33,761 nucleotides of DNA, taken from sequence record SRR22947727_4286. One strand, 5' to 3'. Of this stretch, positions 8,588 through 17,667 are shown in pieces. The translations under genes were made by a program, and so were the position numbers. The notes under the pieces were generated by a model that made no database searches, was not told the origin of the DNA, and saw only the letters and a list, made by a program, of their open reading frames with translations. Within the stretch, counting starts at the first letter, position 1. Every line of letters begins with the position of its first letter.

Positions 8588-8674
8588 TCAGCGCTTTCTT
8601 TCAACCTCCCAGGTCTGAAGATGCTTGTTTGCATAAGCATTGAGCTGCTTCAGCCAAGTTTTGAGCTTGTCCAT
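8588..8674 (-). CDS. Putative 28-aa amphipathic micro-protein
   Basis: Manual translation MDKLKTWLKQLNAYANKHLQTWEVERKR*, co-oriented upstream of 8266..8487. Confidence 0.45.
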   Translation of the reverse strand: MDKLKTWLKQLNAYANKHLQTWEVERKR

Positions 8675-8783
8675 CAGTTCTCATTTTTTGATAAAGCGAA
8701 GTTACTTCAGACATCACCCTTTCGAACCCAGACCATGGCCAGACCCAGATCGCTCTCACAAACTGCTTAAAAGTGGCTTCAAA

Positions 8784-9365
8784 GTGGTTGCGACAAAAAA
8801 GGCCCTGAGGTCTGAATACCGCCGCATACGCCATGGGCTGATGCCAAAGCTGAATGCCTCACTGGTCAAAAGTGTGCTTGCCCATCTGAACGCCCAGGGG
8901 CCTCCTCGCCACCATGGGGCTATCGGAATCACCTGGCCCCTTCCGGGGGAACCCGATTTACGCCTGTTGGCCGAACTGCAGCCTGCACCCCTTGCCCTGC
9001 CTGCAACGGCAGCGGATTACAGCGTGACTTATCACGCTTGGCGAGATGCCCCATCGCCAAGAGAGCTTCGCGGCGATGCCTTTTCCATTCCCGCCCCACT
9101 CACATCACCAGCGTTAAAACCCACCGAACTCGCCCTCTTGCTGATTCCAGCCCTTGCCGTCGATCGAAACGGCATGCGCCTGGGCTACGGAGGCGGTTGC
9201 TATGACCGCTTGCTCAGTCAACCTGGGTGGTCAACGCTGCCGACGTTTGCCGTCTTACCTGAGGCCTGCGTCCATCCCACCTTGCTACCGGCAGAACCCT
9301 GGGATCAGCCCTTGGATGGATGGATCACCGAACAAGGCTGCCGCTTGCGTAGGGCTAGCCATTAG
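8784..9365 (+). CDS. 5-formyltetrahydrofolate cyclo-ligase
   Basis: K..LR....R N-terminus, WPL.GEPD, F.IP.P, PALAVD..G.RLGYGGG.YDR and WDQPLD.WITE. The in-frame GTG at 8784 is chosen over the 8640 extension. Confidence 0.92.
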   Translation: MVATKKALRSEYRRIRHGLMPKLNASLVKSVLAHLNAQGPPRHHGAIGITWPLPGEPDLRLLAELQPAPLALPATAADYSVTYHAWRDAPSPRELRGDAFSIPAPLTSPALKPTELALLLIPALAVDRNGMRLGYGGGCYDRLLSQPGWSTLPTFAVLPEACVHPTLLPAEPWDQPLDGWITEQGCRLRRASH

Positions 9366-9407
9366 AGCGAATGTTCTGCAAGATGAAATTCTTCTAAGCC
9401 CGCTGCC

Positions 9408-9884
9408 ATGACCGTGTTTTCACGCCGCCTGCTGGTCACCTGTACTGCTTTAGGTCTGGGAGTCATGGCAGGCCAGCAGGCGCAGGCCCATGGAATCGAA
9501 AGCTCACTACGCTATCTCGATGGCCAATTAGAGCTCAGTAGCAGCTTCTCCACAGGTGAGCCAGTTGAAGGTGCCGCTGTGCGTCTGCTTAATGCCGATG
9601 GAACACCTGGAGATGAACTCGGTGAGATCGGAGCGAATGGACAACTGGTCTTAACACTTCCAGACCTGGTTGAAGGCGTCTTGGATTTGCAAGTGGATGG
9701 TGGCCCCGGACATCGCGACTATTTGGAATTACCGATTCGACAGGGCAGCGTCTTGCTGGACGAGGTGGTACAAATCCAAAACCAATTCACCGCGCTGCCG
9801 GCTTTCGCATGGCTGGGGGCACCTGCCCTGCTCGGACTTACAGGCCTGATGGTTAAGGTGCGCCAACCCAGCCTGAATCGCTGA
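9408..9884 (+). CDS. Exported CbiL/NikL-like protein with C-terminal membrane anchor
   Basis: The signal peptide ends AQA/HG. The FSTGEPV.GA.V and VDGGPGHR patterns recall CbiL/NikL nickel/cobalt accessory proteins. Hydrophobic C-terminus. Confidence 0.65.
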   Translation: MTVFSRRLLVTCTALGLGVMAGQQAQAHGIESSLRYLDGQLELSSSFSTGEPVEGAAVRLLNADGTPGDELGEIGANGQLVLTLPDLVEGVLDLQVDGGPGHRDYLELPIRQGSVLLDEVVQIQNQFTALPAFAWLGAPALLGLTGLMVKVRQPSLNR

Positions 9885-9892
9885 AACCGTCC

Positions 9893-10354
9893 ATGGCAGA
9901 CCCCTGCTGCTCCTCGAGCCAATACGGAAGCGAGGAGCTAGACCGCCTGGCAGATCGACTTAGCGGCACGCCAGACCCACGCAAGCGTTACGAGTACGTG
10001 CTCTGGCTGGCCAAAAAGCTCCCCGTGATGCCCGCAGAACTCCAAACCGAAGACCGCAAGGTTCAAGGTTGCGTGTCTCAAGTGTTTATTCATGCCGCTC
10101 TCCAGGACAACCACGTGTGCTGGCAAGGAGAGTCCGATGCCTTGATCACCAAAGGGCTGCTTGCCTTACTGATCAAAGGAATGAGTGATCTCACTCCAGA
10201 TCAAGTTCTCGCCGTCAATCCCGACTTCATTGCCGCTACTGGCTTGCAATCAAGCCTGACCCCCTCAAGAGCCAACGGCTTTTTGAACATTTTGCGAGCG
10301 ATGCAATCCCAGGCTCATGCCCTAAAAAACACCGATGACGCTATGGATTCATAG
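9893..10354 (+). CDS. sufE: SufE family sulfur acceptor protein
   Basis: RYEY.L..AK.LP, V.GCVSQV, G.SDALITKGL and LTPSR.NGF motifs. Confidence 0.93.
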   Translation: MADPCCSSSQYGSEELDRLADRLSGTPDPRKRYEYVLWLAKKLPVMPAELQTEDRKVQGCVSQVFIHAALQDNHVCWQGESDALITKGLLALLIKGMSDLTPDQVLAVNPDFIAATGLQSSLTPSRANGFLNILRAMQSQAHALKNTDDAMDS

Positions 10355-10390
10355 AGTCTGCTGATCAGCGACACAAACGGAACCTGTTCA

Positions 10391-11707
10391 ATGTCCACCC
10401 GGATCGGAATTGGCCTTCTCGGTCTCGGCACTGTGGGTGCCGGAGTGGCAAGCATTCTCCAGACGCCAGAAGGGAGACACCCTCTGATTGCTGATCTGGA
10501 TCTCGTCCGTGTAGCGGTAAGAGATCGAAACCGCACGCGGCCCATTGCTCTAGACGAAAGCATCCTCACCACATCCCCTGAAGCCGTCGTCGACGACCCA
10601 GCCGTGGACGTTGTGGTGGAAGTGATGGGAGGCATCGAGCCAGCTCGCACCCTGATCATGCGTGCCATTGCTGCTGGCAAGTCGGTTGTGACCGCTAACA
10701 AGTCGGTCATCGCCAGGCATGGCGAAGAGATTGCCTCCGCCGCAGCGGCCGCAGGTGTTTACGTGCTGATTGAAGCCGCCGTTGGCGGCGGGATTCCGAT
10801 CATTGAGCCGCTCAAGCAATCGCTCGGCAGCAACCGCATTCAACGCGTGAGCGGAATTATCAATGGCACCACCAATTACATCCTGAGTCGGATGGCTGAG
10901 GAGGGTGCGGATTACAACGCTGTCCTGCGCGACGCCCAGGATCTGGGTTACGCCGAAGCCGACCCAGCCGCAGATGTGGAAGGGCTCGATGCCGCCGACA
11001 AAATCGCCATCCTGTCCGGATTGGCCTTCGGGGGGCCGATCGATCGCAACGGCATCTATACGGCAGGCATCAGCACGCTGCAAAGCAGAGACGTGGATTA
11101 CGCCACCCAGTTGGGCTACGGCGTGAAGCTGCTAGCCGTGGCCGAAAGCATGGAACCCGACCCCAGCCATCCCACATCGCTGCCTCTGGCGGTGAGCGTT
11201 CAACCCACCCTGGTTCCCAATGACCACCCCCTCGCCGGGGTGAATGGAGTGAACAACGCGATCTTGGTTGAAGGTGACCCGATCGGAAGGGTGATGTTTT
11301 ACGGACCTGGCGCTGGCTCAGGACCCACCGCTTCGGCCGTGGTGGCCGACATCCTCAACATTGCTGGCATTCGCCAACTCAAACCAGCAGACGGAAACCT
11401 CGACCCCCTGCTTGCAGCCTCCAGCTGGCGCGCTTGCCACCTGGCCAACAAGGAGCAAACAAGCCAGCGAAACTATGTGCGTTTCAAAACAGAAAATGCG
11501 CCAGGCGTGATCGGCCGCATCGGCAGCTGCTTCGGCGATCACAACGTCTCGATTCAATCCATCGTTCAGCTCGAAGCCAGTGATGCGGGAGCTGAAATCG
11601 TTGTGATCACGCACGTTGTTGGCAATGGGCAAATGAGTGCGGCGCTCAAAGCCATTCATGCCATTGAGGGGGTTCTAAGCCTGGATGCCCATCTCGGCTG
11701 TCTTTGA
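10391..11707 (+). CDS. hom: Homoserine dehydrogenase (with C-terminal ACT domain)
   Basis: GLGTVG NAD motif, VVTANK, EAAVGGGIPII, NGTTNYIL, GYAEADP, GPGAG..PTASAV and an ACT domain. Confidence 0.97.
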   Translation: MSTRIGIGLLGLGTVGAGVASILQTPEGRHPLIADLDLVRVAVRDRNRTRPIALDESILTTSPEAVVDDPAVDVVVEVMGGIEPARTLIMRAIAAGKSVVTANKSVIARHGEEIASAAAAAGVYVLIEAAVGGGIPIIEPLKQSLGSNRIQRVSGIINGTTNYILSRMAEEGADYNAVLRDAQDLGYAEADPAADVEGLDAADKIAILSGLAFGGPIDRNGIYTAGISTLQSRDVDYATQLGYGVKLLAVAESMEPDPSHPTSLPLAVSVQPTLVPNDHPLAGVNGVNNAILVEGDPIGRVMFYGPGAGSGPTASAVVADILNIAGIRQLKPADGNLDPLLAASSWRACHLANKEQTSQRNYVRFKTENAPGVIGRIGSCFGDHNVSIQSIVQLEASDAGAEIVVITHVVGNGQMSAALKAIHAIEGVLSLDAHLGCL

Positions 11708-11763
11708 GCAGGTTCAGATCACCAACGCACCCCTGGCGGTGGAGCCCCGAGATAAGGCAAAGT

Positions 11764-11779
11764 TGTAAGAACTATCACA
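11764..11779. promoter_or_regulatory. CRP/NtcA-family-like binding site
   Basis: TGTAA-GAACTA-TCACA matches the CRP consensus TGTGA-N6-TCACA at 9/10. It reads GTG-N8-TAC on the minus strand. Confidence 0.45.
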
Positions 11780-11882
11780 GAGCAAATCTGCGTTTGCAGA
11801 TCTGTGCTCTCAACCGTTCATGTCGAACGAACTGACACTCACCTTGGGATCACACTGGGATCAGCAGAGTGCTCGGTCTGTC

Positions 11883-12065
11883 ATGACGCTTCATCAAGGT
11901 GACTGCATCAAGCTCCGCTCTGGAGAAGGTCCATTTCAAGTGATCGGCATCGATGACGACCATGACCGGTGTTGGATTCGCCAATGGCCTCTCGATCCCC
12001 ACGGTTGCCCCGTGTTTGAAGTCGCTCTTGAACAGATCTCAACCCTTACAGAAGAGTTCGAATAA
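11883..12065 (+). CDS. Conserved hypothetical small beta protein
   Basis: MTLHQGDCIKL...PFQVIGIDD..DRCWIRQWPL...VFEV. The ORF is open from 11820. Confidence 0.75.
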   Translation: MTLHQGDCIKLRSGEGPFQVIGIDDDHDRCWIRQWPLDPHGCPVFEVALEQISTLTEEFE

Positions 12066-12090
12066 TTACGGCAGAGCCTTAAGGGTTTGA

Positions 12091-13701
12091 ATGGCGGTTG
12101 ATCTCAAGAATCGCTGCGTGACTGATCGCCGTCGCTCCCGCCTTCAGGCCAGCGTGTTGATCGGCTTCGTCCTTGCCTTCAGCCAAAGCGCCTGCCAGCC
12201 CAAACGCCAAAGCGAGCGCCTGACGGTGGCAAGCGCCGGACGCATCTCCTCCCTTGATCCAGCACTGGCGAGCACGACAGGGGTCTTGCAAGTTTTGAGC
12301 GCTCTCGGCGACACGCTTTACATCCGAGGCACCAAAGGAAAGCTTCAGCCCCAATTGGCTGCATCCAAGCCTCAGTTCAGTGATGACGGACTCAGCCTGA
12401 CCATCCCTCTACGCCGAGATGTGCTGTTCCACGACGGCACTCGCTTTGACGCAAAAGCGATGGCCTTCAGCTTGAAGCGCTTCCTTCGCATCGGCTCCCA
12501 GCGCTATTTACTGAACGATCGCATTGCAGCGATCGATGCACCCAGCCCCTTTGAACTGCGCCTGCGGCTCAAGCAGCCCTCCAGCTCGATCGAAAGCCTG
12601 CTGACCTCCCCCTATCTCACCCCCGTCTCCCCAAAGGCCTACGCCGACCATGCCGATCGCTTCCTCAATGATCGATTTGTAGGAACGGGGCCCTACGTCC
12701 TCAACAGCTTTCGCAACACCCAACAACGTCTTCTGCCCTTCCGCAACTACTGGGGAGCAACACCAAAAAATGTTGGTCTCGACCTCATCAATCTCAGCAA
12801 TTCCACAGCACTGTTTGGAGCCCTGATCAGCGGCGAGGTGGATGTATTGCTCTCCAACTCCATCGATGAAGATCAAAAACGAGCCCTAAGCGAACGGGCA
12901 GATAAGGCCCTGCTGCTCGAGAGCAAAGGTCCGGCCATGAACATCACCTTTGTGACTCTGCGCACCAATAGTCCGCCGCTGCAACGTCAAACCGTGCGTC
13001 GGGCCCTTGCCCACAGCCTGGATCGCCGCTTGATCAGCGCCCGCGTGAGCTACACCCAAAGAGAGCCCTTACGGTCCCTCATTCCCCCCAGTTTGCGGGG
13101 AGGAAAAACCGAGCCCTGGCCCGCCTACAACCTCGCCACAGCCCGCCAGTTGTATCGAGAAGCCGGGTACTGCACAGGGCGTCGCTTGCAAGTCCCATTC
13201 ACGTTTCGCACCAACGTCCCCTCCGATCGTTTGATGGCTCTCACCTGGCAAGCGCAGCTGAAACGCGATCTGCCCGATTGCGTCCAGATGACCCTCAACG
13301 GCGTGGAGTCCACCACGGTGTATAAACAGCTCAGCGAAGGATCGTTCGAAGCCGTGATTCTTGACTGGGGTGGCTCCTATCCAGATCCTGAGGCCTATCT
13401 CTCCCCCTTGCTCAGCTGCAAGCGCTCGGAAGGGACTATCTGCAAGGAGGGTGAGGCCGTGGATGGAGGCACCTTCTGGACCGAACCAGGGCTACAAGCA
13501 GCGTTAAGCCGTAGTGACAGCCTTCAGGGCAAGGCACGTCTACAAGAACTGAGAGCCGTGGATGCAATGGCAGCAGAAGGAGCTCCTTACCTCCCGGTCT
13601 GGGTTGTGGCTCCAAAAGCCTGGGCTCAGCTTCGTTTAAGTGCTCCGATCTTTAATGGCAACGGGCTCGTGGATCTGGCCCAACTGGGAGAGCGACGCTA
13701 A
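12091..13701 (+). CDS. dppA: ABC transporter family-5 (peptide/nickel) substrate-binding lipoprotein
   Basis: Lipobox-like SQSAC, SLDP, LR.DV.FHDGT.FDA, GTGPY, VRRAL...LDR and W...YPDP motifs. Confidence 0.9.
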   Translation: MAVDLKNRCVTDRRRSRLQASVLIGFVLAFSQSACQPKRQSERLTVASAGRISSLDPALASTTGVLQVLSALGDTLYIRGTKGKLQPQLAASKPQFSDDGLSLTIPLRRDVLFHDGTRFDAKAMAFSLKRFLRIGSQRYLLNDRIAAIDAPSPFELRLRLKQPSSSIESLLTSPYLTPVSPKAYADHADRFLNDRFVGTGPYVLNSFRNTQQRLLPFRNYWGATPKNVGLDLINLSNSTALFGALISGEVDVLLSNSIDEDQKRALSERADKALLLESKGPAMNITFVTLRTNSPPLQRQTVRRALAHSLDRRLISARVSYTQREPLRSLIPPSLRGGKTEPWPAYNLATARQLYREAGYCTGRRLQVPFTFRTNVPSDRLMALTWQAQLKRDLPDCVQMTLNGVESTTVYKQLSEGSFEAVILDWGGSYPDPEAYLSPLLSCKRSEGTICKEGEAVDGGTFWTEPGLQAALSRSDSLQGKARLQELRAVDAMAAEGAPYLPVWVVAPKAWAQLRLSAPIFNGNGLVDLAQLGERR

Positions 13702-14720
13702 TGGCACGAGGAAGGGAGCTTTTCCGCTATTGCGCAACCCGACTCGCCCTCGCGCCGCTCATGCTTTGGCTGATCGCCAGCCTGGTCTTTCTGCTCCTGC
13801 GTGTCGCGCCGGGAGACCCGGTGGATGCAGTACTCGGAAGCAGGGCCCCAGAAGCCGCTAAAGCCGCTCTGAGAAGCAGCCTGGGCCTCGATCAATCGCT
13901 CTGGAATCAATATTTTGATTTTCTCAGCAAGCTGGTTCATGGAGATTTAGGCAATGCACTGATTAATAACGAGTCGGTGCGTTCGATCATCAGCAAAACG
14001 CTCCCGGCAAGCCTGGAGCTTGGGATCACCGCCTTGATCATCGCGGCCGTTCTGGGCTTGGCCGTGGGGTTTAGCGGGATTGCCAGGCCCGAGGGGAAAT
14101 TTGACTTCGCCGGCCGCTTTTACGGCATTGGCACCTACGCATTACCCCCATTTTGGGCGGCGATGCTCATCCAACTCGTGTTTGCGGTCATGCTCGGCTG
14201 GCTGCCCGTTGGCGGCAGATTCCCTCCCAGCTTGATCCCCCCAGAAGGCAGCGGCTTTCTGATCTTTGACAGCGTGATCAGCGGCAATTGGGCTGCCCTG
14301 CAAGGAAGCATTCGGCACCTCGTGCTGCCGGCCTGCACCTTGGGGCTCCTTTTGAGCGGCGTGTTCACGAACGCCCTACGGCTCAATCTGAACCGCACCT
14401 TGAAATCGGATTATGTGGAATCGGCGAGGAGCCGTGGACTGAGCGAAGTCCAGGTCGTACTGCGCCACGCCTTGCCCAATGCTCTGCTGCCCGTGCTCAC
14501 GATTGCAGGCATCACGGTGGCATCACTCATCGGTGGGGCACTACTCATTGAAGTGACCTTCTCCTGGCCAGGCATTGCCATGAGCCTTTACGAAAGCATC
14601 AACCAACGCGATTACCCGGTTGTCCAAGGCATCGTTGTGGCCATCGCCGCCCTCGTCGTGATGGTGAGCGTGGCGGTCGATCTCTTGGTGGCCGTGCTCG
14701 ATCCACGCATCCGTTATTGA
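13701..14720 (+). CDS. dppB: ABC transporter permease, DppB/OppB family
   Basis: PGDP, LGLDQ, LPASLEL, EAA loop DYVESARSRGL, HALPNALLP, IE.TFSWPG, RDYPVVQG and DPRIRY. The stop/start overlap with dppA. Confidence 0.93.
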   Translation: MARGRELFRYCATRLALAPLMLWLIASLVFLLLRVAPGDPVDAVLGSRAPEAAKAALRSSLGLDQSLWNQYFDFLSKLVHGDLGNALINNESVRSIISKTLPASLELGITALIIAAVLGLAVGFSGIARPEGKFDFAGRFYGIGTYALPPFWAAMLIQLVFAVMLGWLPVGGRFPPSLIPPEGSGFLIFDSVISGNWAALQGSIRHLVLPACTLGLLLSGVFTNALRLNLNRTLKSDYVESARSRGLSEVQVVLRHALPNALLPVLTIAGITVASLIGGALLIEVTFSWPGIAMSLYESINQRDYPVVQGIVVAIAALVVMVSVAVDLLVAVLDPRIRY

Positions 14721-16321
14721 TGCACCAGGGCTGAGGCCGCTTCGCGATCGAGCCGATGAAGATGAAGCTCTCCCCGCTTCAAATGCAGCGTCTTGGCAGC
14801 GGTTCGCTGCTCACCATTGCTCTGTTCTTGATCCACTAAAAACTGCACCACTTCCTGCTCCAACAGCGCTTGCACCTGGAGCGGCTGCACACCCACGAGC
14901 TCTTCTCCCAGCTGAAAGAGATCCTCACCTCGTCCGCCTTGCCTCTGCCCCTCAACGCGTACGGGTGAGAAATGACTCGCTCCCTCCACAAGCACAACGC
15001 GGCTGGAAGGATCCGCAGGCATCGCCAATAACAACCCCAACTGTTCGCTGATCGGCGGCGTGATCAGATCGAGGGTGCCGCCAGTCAATAAGACAGGTAC
15101 TTTGACGGTTTTCGAAAGAGAGCCAGCAGGCCAGAGCAGGCTGCCAAAACTGTTGAAGCCAATCACAGCCGACAAACCCTTGGGTGCGACTTGCTTTGGC
15201 AACGCAACATCCACCAACTGACACTGCAACAGTCGTGACAAGTTGCTGAGCGGCAAATCACGCAAAACCGAAGTACAACGCCGCGCAAGACCTCGAGCAG
15301 GAGTGGCACCGGTTGAAAGCAACGCACTGAAGGCACCCAGGGAGTGGCCAGCCAGGACCAAGCGTTGACCCGGCACCTGAAACACACCCTGATCGCGGGC
15401 CTTAAGCAGGGCATCAAGATCTTTCAGCCGAGCGGGAAGAACTTCCGCACCGGGAGGGGAGAGACGCCCTTCCAATAGCGCCTGGACCGCTTCGTCATCG
15501 CTGCCAGGGTGCTCTGGAACCAAGACGGCCCAACCGCGACGACTCAGGCCGCGGCCAAGCCAACGGAAATGATCTGGGCTGCCGCCTAATCCAGGCATCA
15601 ACACCATCCATTGCTCGCGCTTTGGCGCCCCCTCCACAGGCAACCAGAGCTGAAACCCCAATGGCTCCTCGCGATGAGGAACCGCCAAGGACATCAAGCG
15701 CGGTTCCAACAACGCGTCGGCATCATGAGGAAAGACGGCAGCAGGCTCAGAAACTGAGGCCGTCACTGGAGAGCGATCCAGGCTGCGCACCAACTGTTGT
15801 TGGCGCTCCAGTTGCATTCGCCAACTGGATGCCAGCTCGAGCAAGAGATCGAGATCAAGACGAACGCGTTCAGCAGGCAAAGCCTCAAGCAAATCCAAGC
15901 TGGAGACTTGCTGCTGTCGGGTTAGAAGGTCGTTGATCGTTTGACGCACGATCACCCCCTCCGTGTCGTCGTCCACCCGCACCAAATCAGCAATTTGATC
16001 CAACAATTGCCGGCCAGCCCAGCTGTTCAAGAGCTGGCGCGCCATGCTGCGATCCAGGATCACTGGAGCCTGAAGCAGCTCCAAAACGCCTGCTCGACTC
16101 TCGGGCGCCAACAACGAAAACCAAGTACTGAGTTCGGAGCGGTGACGTCCATCAGACCGCGCCCATTTCGCCAGATCACCAATGGAAAAGGGAATTACCG
16201 TGCCATCGATCTGCACTTCCAGCTGAGAAGCAGCCCACAACGGACGCGGTGAGACGCCAAAAAACAGCAGACTGCATACACAACCTGCAGCTAATCGCAG
16301 TCCTGTTGAGCGTCTTCGCAA
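14714..16321 (-). CDS. Alpha/beta hydrolase with N-terminal DUF1400-like domain
   Basis: PGLGG, EHPGS, the GHSLG nucleophile elbow, D.ITP and G.SHFS. The start is uncertain (TTG 16321; ORF open to 16360). Confidence 0.85.
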   Translation of the reverse strand: MRRRSTGLRLAAGCVCSLLFFGVSPRPLWAASQLEVQIDGTVIPFSIGDLAKWARSDGRHRSELSTWFSLLAPESRAGVLELLQAPVILDRSMARQLLNSWAGRQLLDQIADLVRVDDDTEGVIVRQTINDLLTRQQQVSSLDLLEALPAERVRLDLDLLLELASSWRMQLERQQQLVRSLDRSPVTASVSEPAAVFPHDADALLEPRLMSLAVPHREEPLGFQLWLPVEGAPKREQWMVLMPGLGGSPDHFRWLGRGLSRRGWAVLVPEHPGSDDEAVQALLEGRLSPPGAEVLPARLKDLDALLKARDQGVFQVPGQRLVLAGHSLGAFSALLSTGATPARGLARRCTSVLRDLPLSNLSRLLQCQLVDVALPKQVAPKGLSAVIGFNSFGSLLWPAGSLSKTVKVPVLLTGGTLDLITPPISEQLGLLLAMPADPSSRVVLVEGASHFSPVRVEGQRQGGRGEDLFQLGEELVGVQPLQVQALLEQEVVQFLVDQEQSNGEQRTAAKTLHLKRGELHLHRLDREAASALVHQ

Positions 16322-17667
16322 GGCCAAGACCAGTCCACTGGTGGAACCAGTTTCCCGCACCTTTGCAAGAAGTGGCGTTCATTCGCCTGCTCGCCTCTTT
16401 TGGAGCGGGTGGTGTCATCTATCTGACACCGATTGTGTTTCACCAGGCCAGCTTCACGGCAGTGCAAGTGAGCCAAGGGTTAGCGGCCTCTGCCTTGATC
16501 GGCACGGTGGCGAGGCTGCTGAGTGGTGTCTTGCTGGACCGCGGGCTGACCTGTTCATGGCCAGTCCGAGCGGCTGCCCTACTCGCCTTGATGGCGGATT
16601 TAGTGCTGTTTCAGGCCACAGGCTTCAACGGATACCTCGTTGGACAGTTGCTGATCGGTTTGGCGGCCGGCCTTTATTTCCCTGCGATTGAATTGGCCGT
16701 TCCCTTGAGCTGCAGCGGTTTCAATTCCAGCCGCGGATACGCTCTCGCGCGCAGCGCCGACGCCTTAGGAGTCGCCACTGGCGCCTTACTTGGTGCGGTG
16801 TTGTCCTCCATGGAGATGATCCGGATGGTCTACGCGGTGGAGGCCGCGGCCGTGTTGAGCATGCTCGTGGTGTTGTTGCTCACGCCGCTACCAGATGGAC
16901 GGGCAGCGCTATTGCATGCCAGCACCGCGACAACCAACAACCACAAACTCAAGGCTGAGTCGGCGCCGAACGGAGACACCAAGTCAGAAGCGAAAGCCAA
17001 CTCAGAGGCAGATTGGCGCTGGCTTCTACCCCTCATTCCAGTGCTGGTTGTGAGCGTGATCGCCACTGGAATTGTGTCGCTAATGCAAAGCGCCCTCCCC
17101 ATCGACATGGTGCGAGGGGGACTGGCGCGCGCACCGCTCAGCGAAACATCCAGCGGCGGCTTGATTGCTTGGCAGCTTCTTCTGTTGATGGTGCTTCAGT
17201 GGCCCATCGGCAACTGGGTTGCAAAGCGAAGTCTGCGTTTTGGCCTCGGCATGGGTCTGCTCGGATTCATTACTGGCTGCCTGCTTTTGGCTGGGTCCGC
17301 GCTTTGGTCGGGAGGCAGCAGCCTGATTGCGCTTGCGATGGTTCCGATCGCCTTTGGGGAGGCGGCTTTTTTACCTACTGCGGCAGAGGCCATGGTGGAA
17401 GAGACACCACTGCAACATCGCGGTTTAGCGATGGCCTTGTTCTCGCAGTGCTTTGCGATCAGTGCCATCGCAGCTCCTCTGCTTGCAGGTGTCCTTCTCG
17501 ACCACCAGGGTCACGGCTTGGTGCTTTGGTTGTTGATGGCTGGCACCTGTTTAGCGGTGGTGCCCCTTTTAAAGGCCGTCCGTCCCCGCTACAAGCCAAA
17601 TTTGAGTGCAAGTCCGATTGAGGAACCCTTAGATGCCACGAACCCGCGAACTGCTGCGCTCCATTAA
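16306..17667 (+). CDS. MFS transporter
   Basis: About 12 hydrophobic segments, SG.LLDRG motif A and a C-domain RG.AMALFSQ. The start is uncertain (ORF open from 16249). Confidence 0.85.
   Translation: MSVFARPRPVHWWNQFPAPLQEVAFIRLLASFGAGGVIYLTPIVFHQASFTAVQVSQGLAASALIGTVARLLSGVLLDRGLTCSWPVRAAALLALMADLVLFQATGFNGYLVGQLLIGLAAGLYFPAIELAVPLSCSGFNSSRGYALARSADALGVATGALLGAVLSSMEMIRMVYAVEAAAVLSMLVVLLLTPLPDGRAALLHASTATTNNHKLKAESAPNGDTKSEAKANSEADWRWLLPLIPVLVVSVIATGIVSLMQSALPIDMVRGGLARAPLSETSSGGLIAWQLLLLMVLQWPIGNWVAKRSLRFGLGMGLLGFITGCLLLAGSALWSGGSSLIALAMVPIAFGEAAFLPTAAEAMVEETPLQHRGLAMALFSQCFAISAIAAPLLAGVLLDHQGHGLVLWLLMAGTCLAVVPLLKAVRPRYKPNLSASPIEEPLDATNPRTAALH

Noticed and set aside
8640..8783. N-terminal extension of the cyclo-ligase ORF
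   Set aside because: Family similarity starts at the 8784 GTG, and the extension overlaps the opposite-strand micro-ORF.
12091..14720. Missing dppC/D/F as evidence of a broken transporter
   Set aside because: Both genes are intact, and ABC subunits are commonly dispersed in picocyanobacterial genomes.
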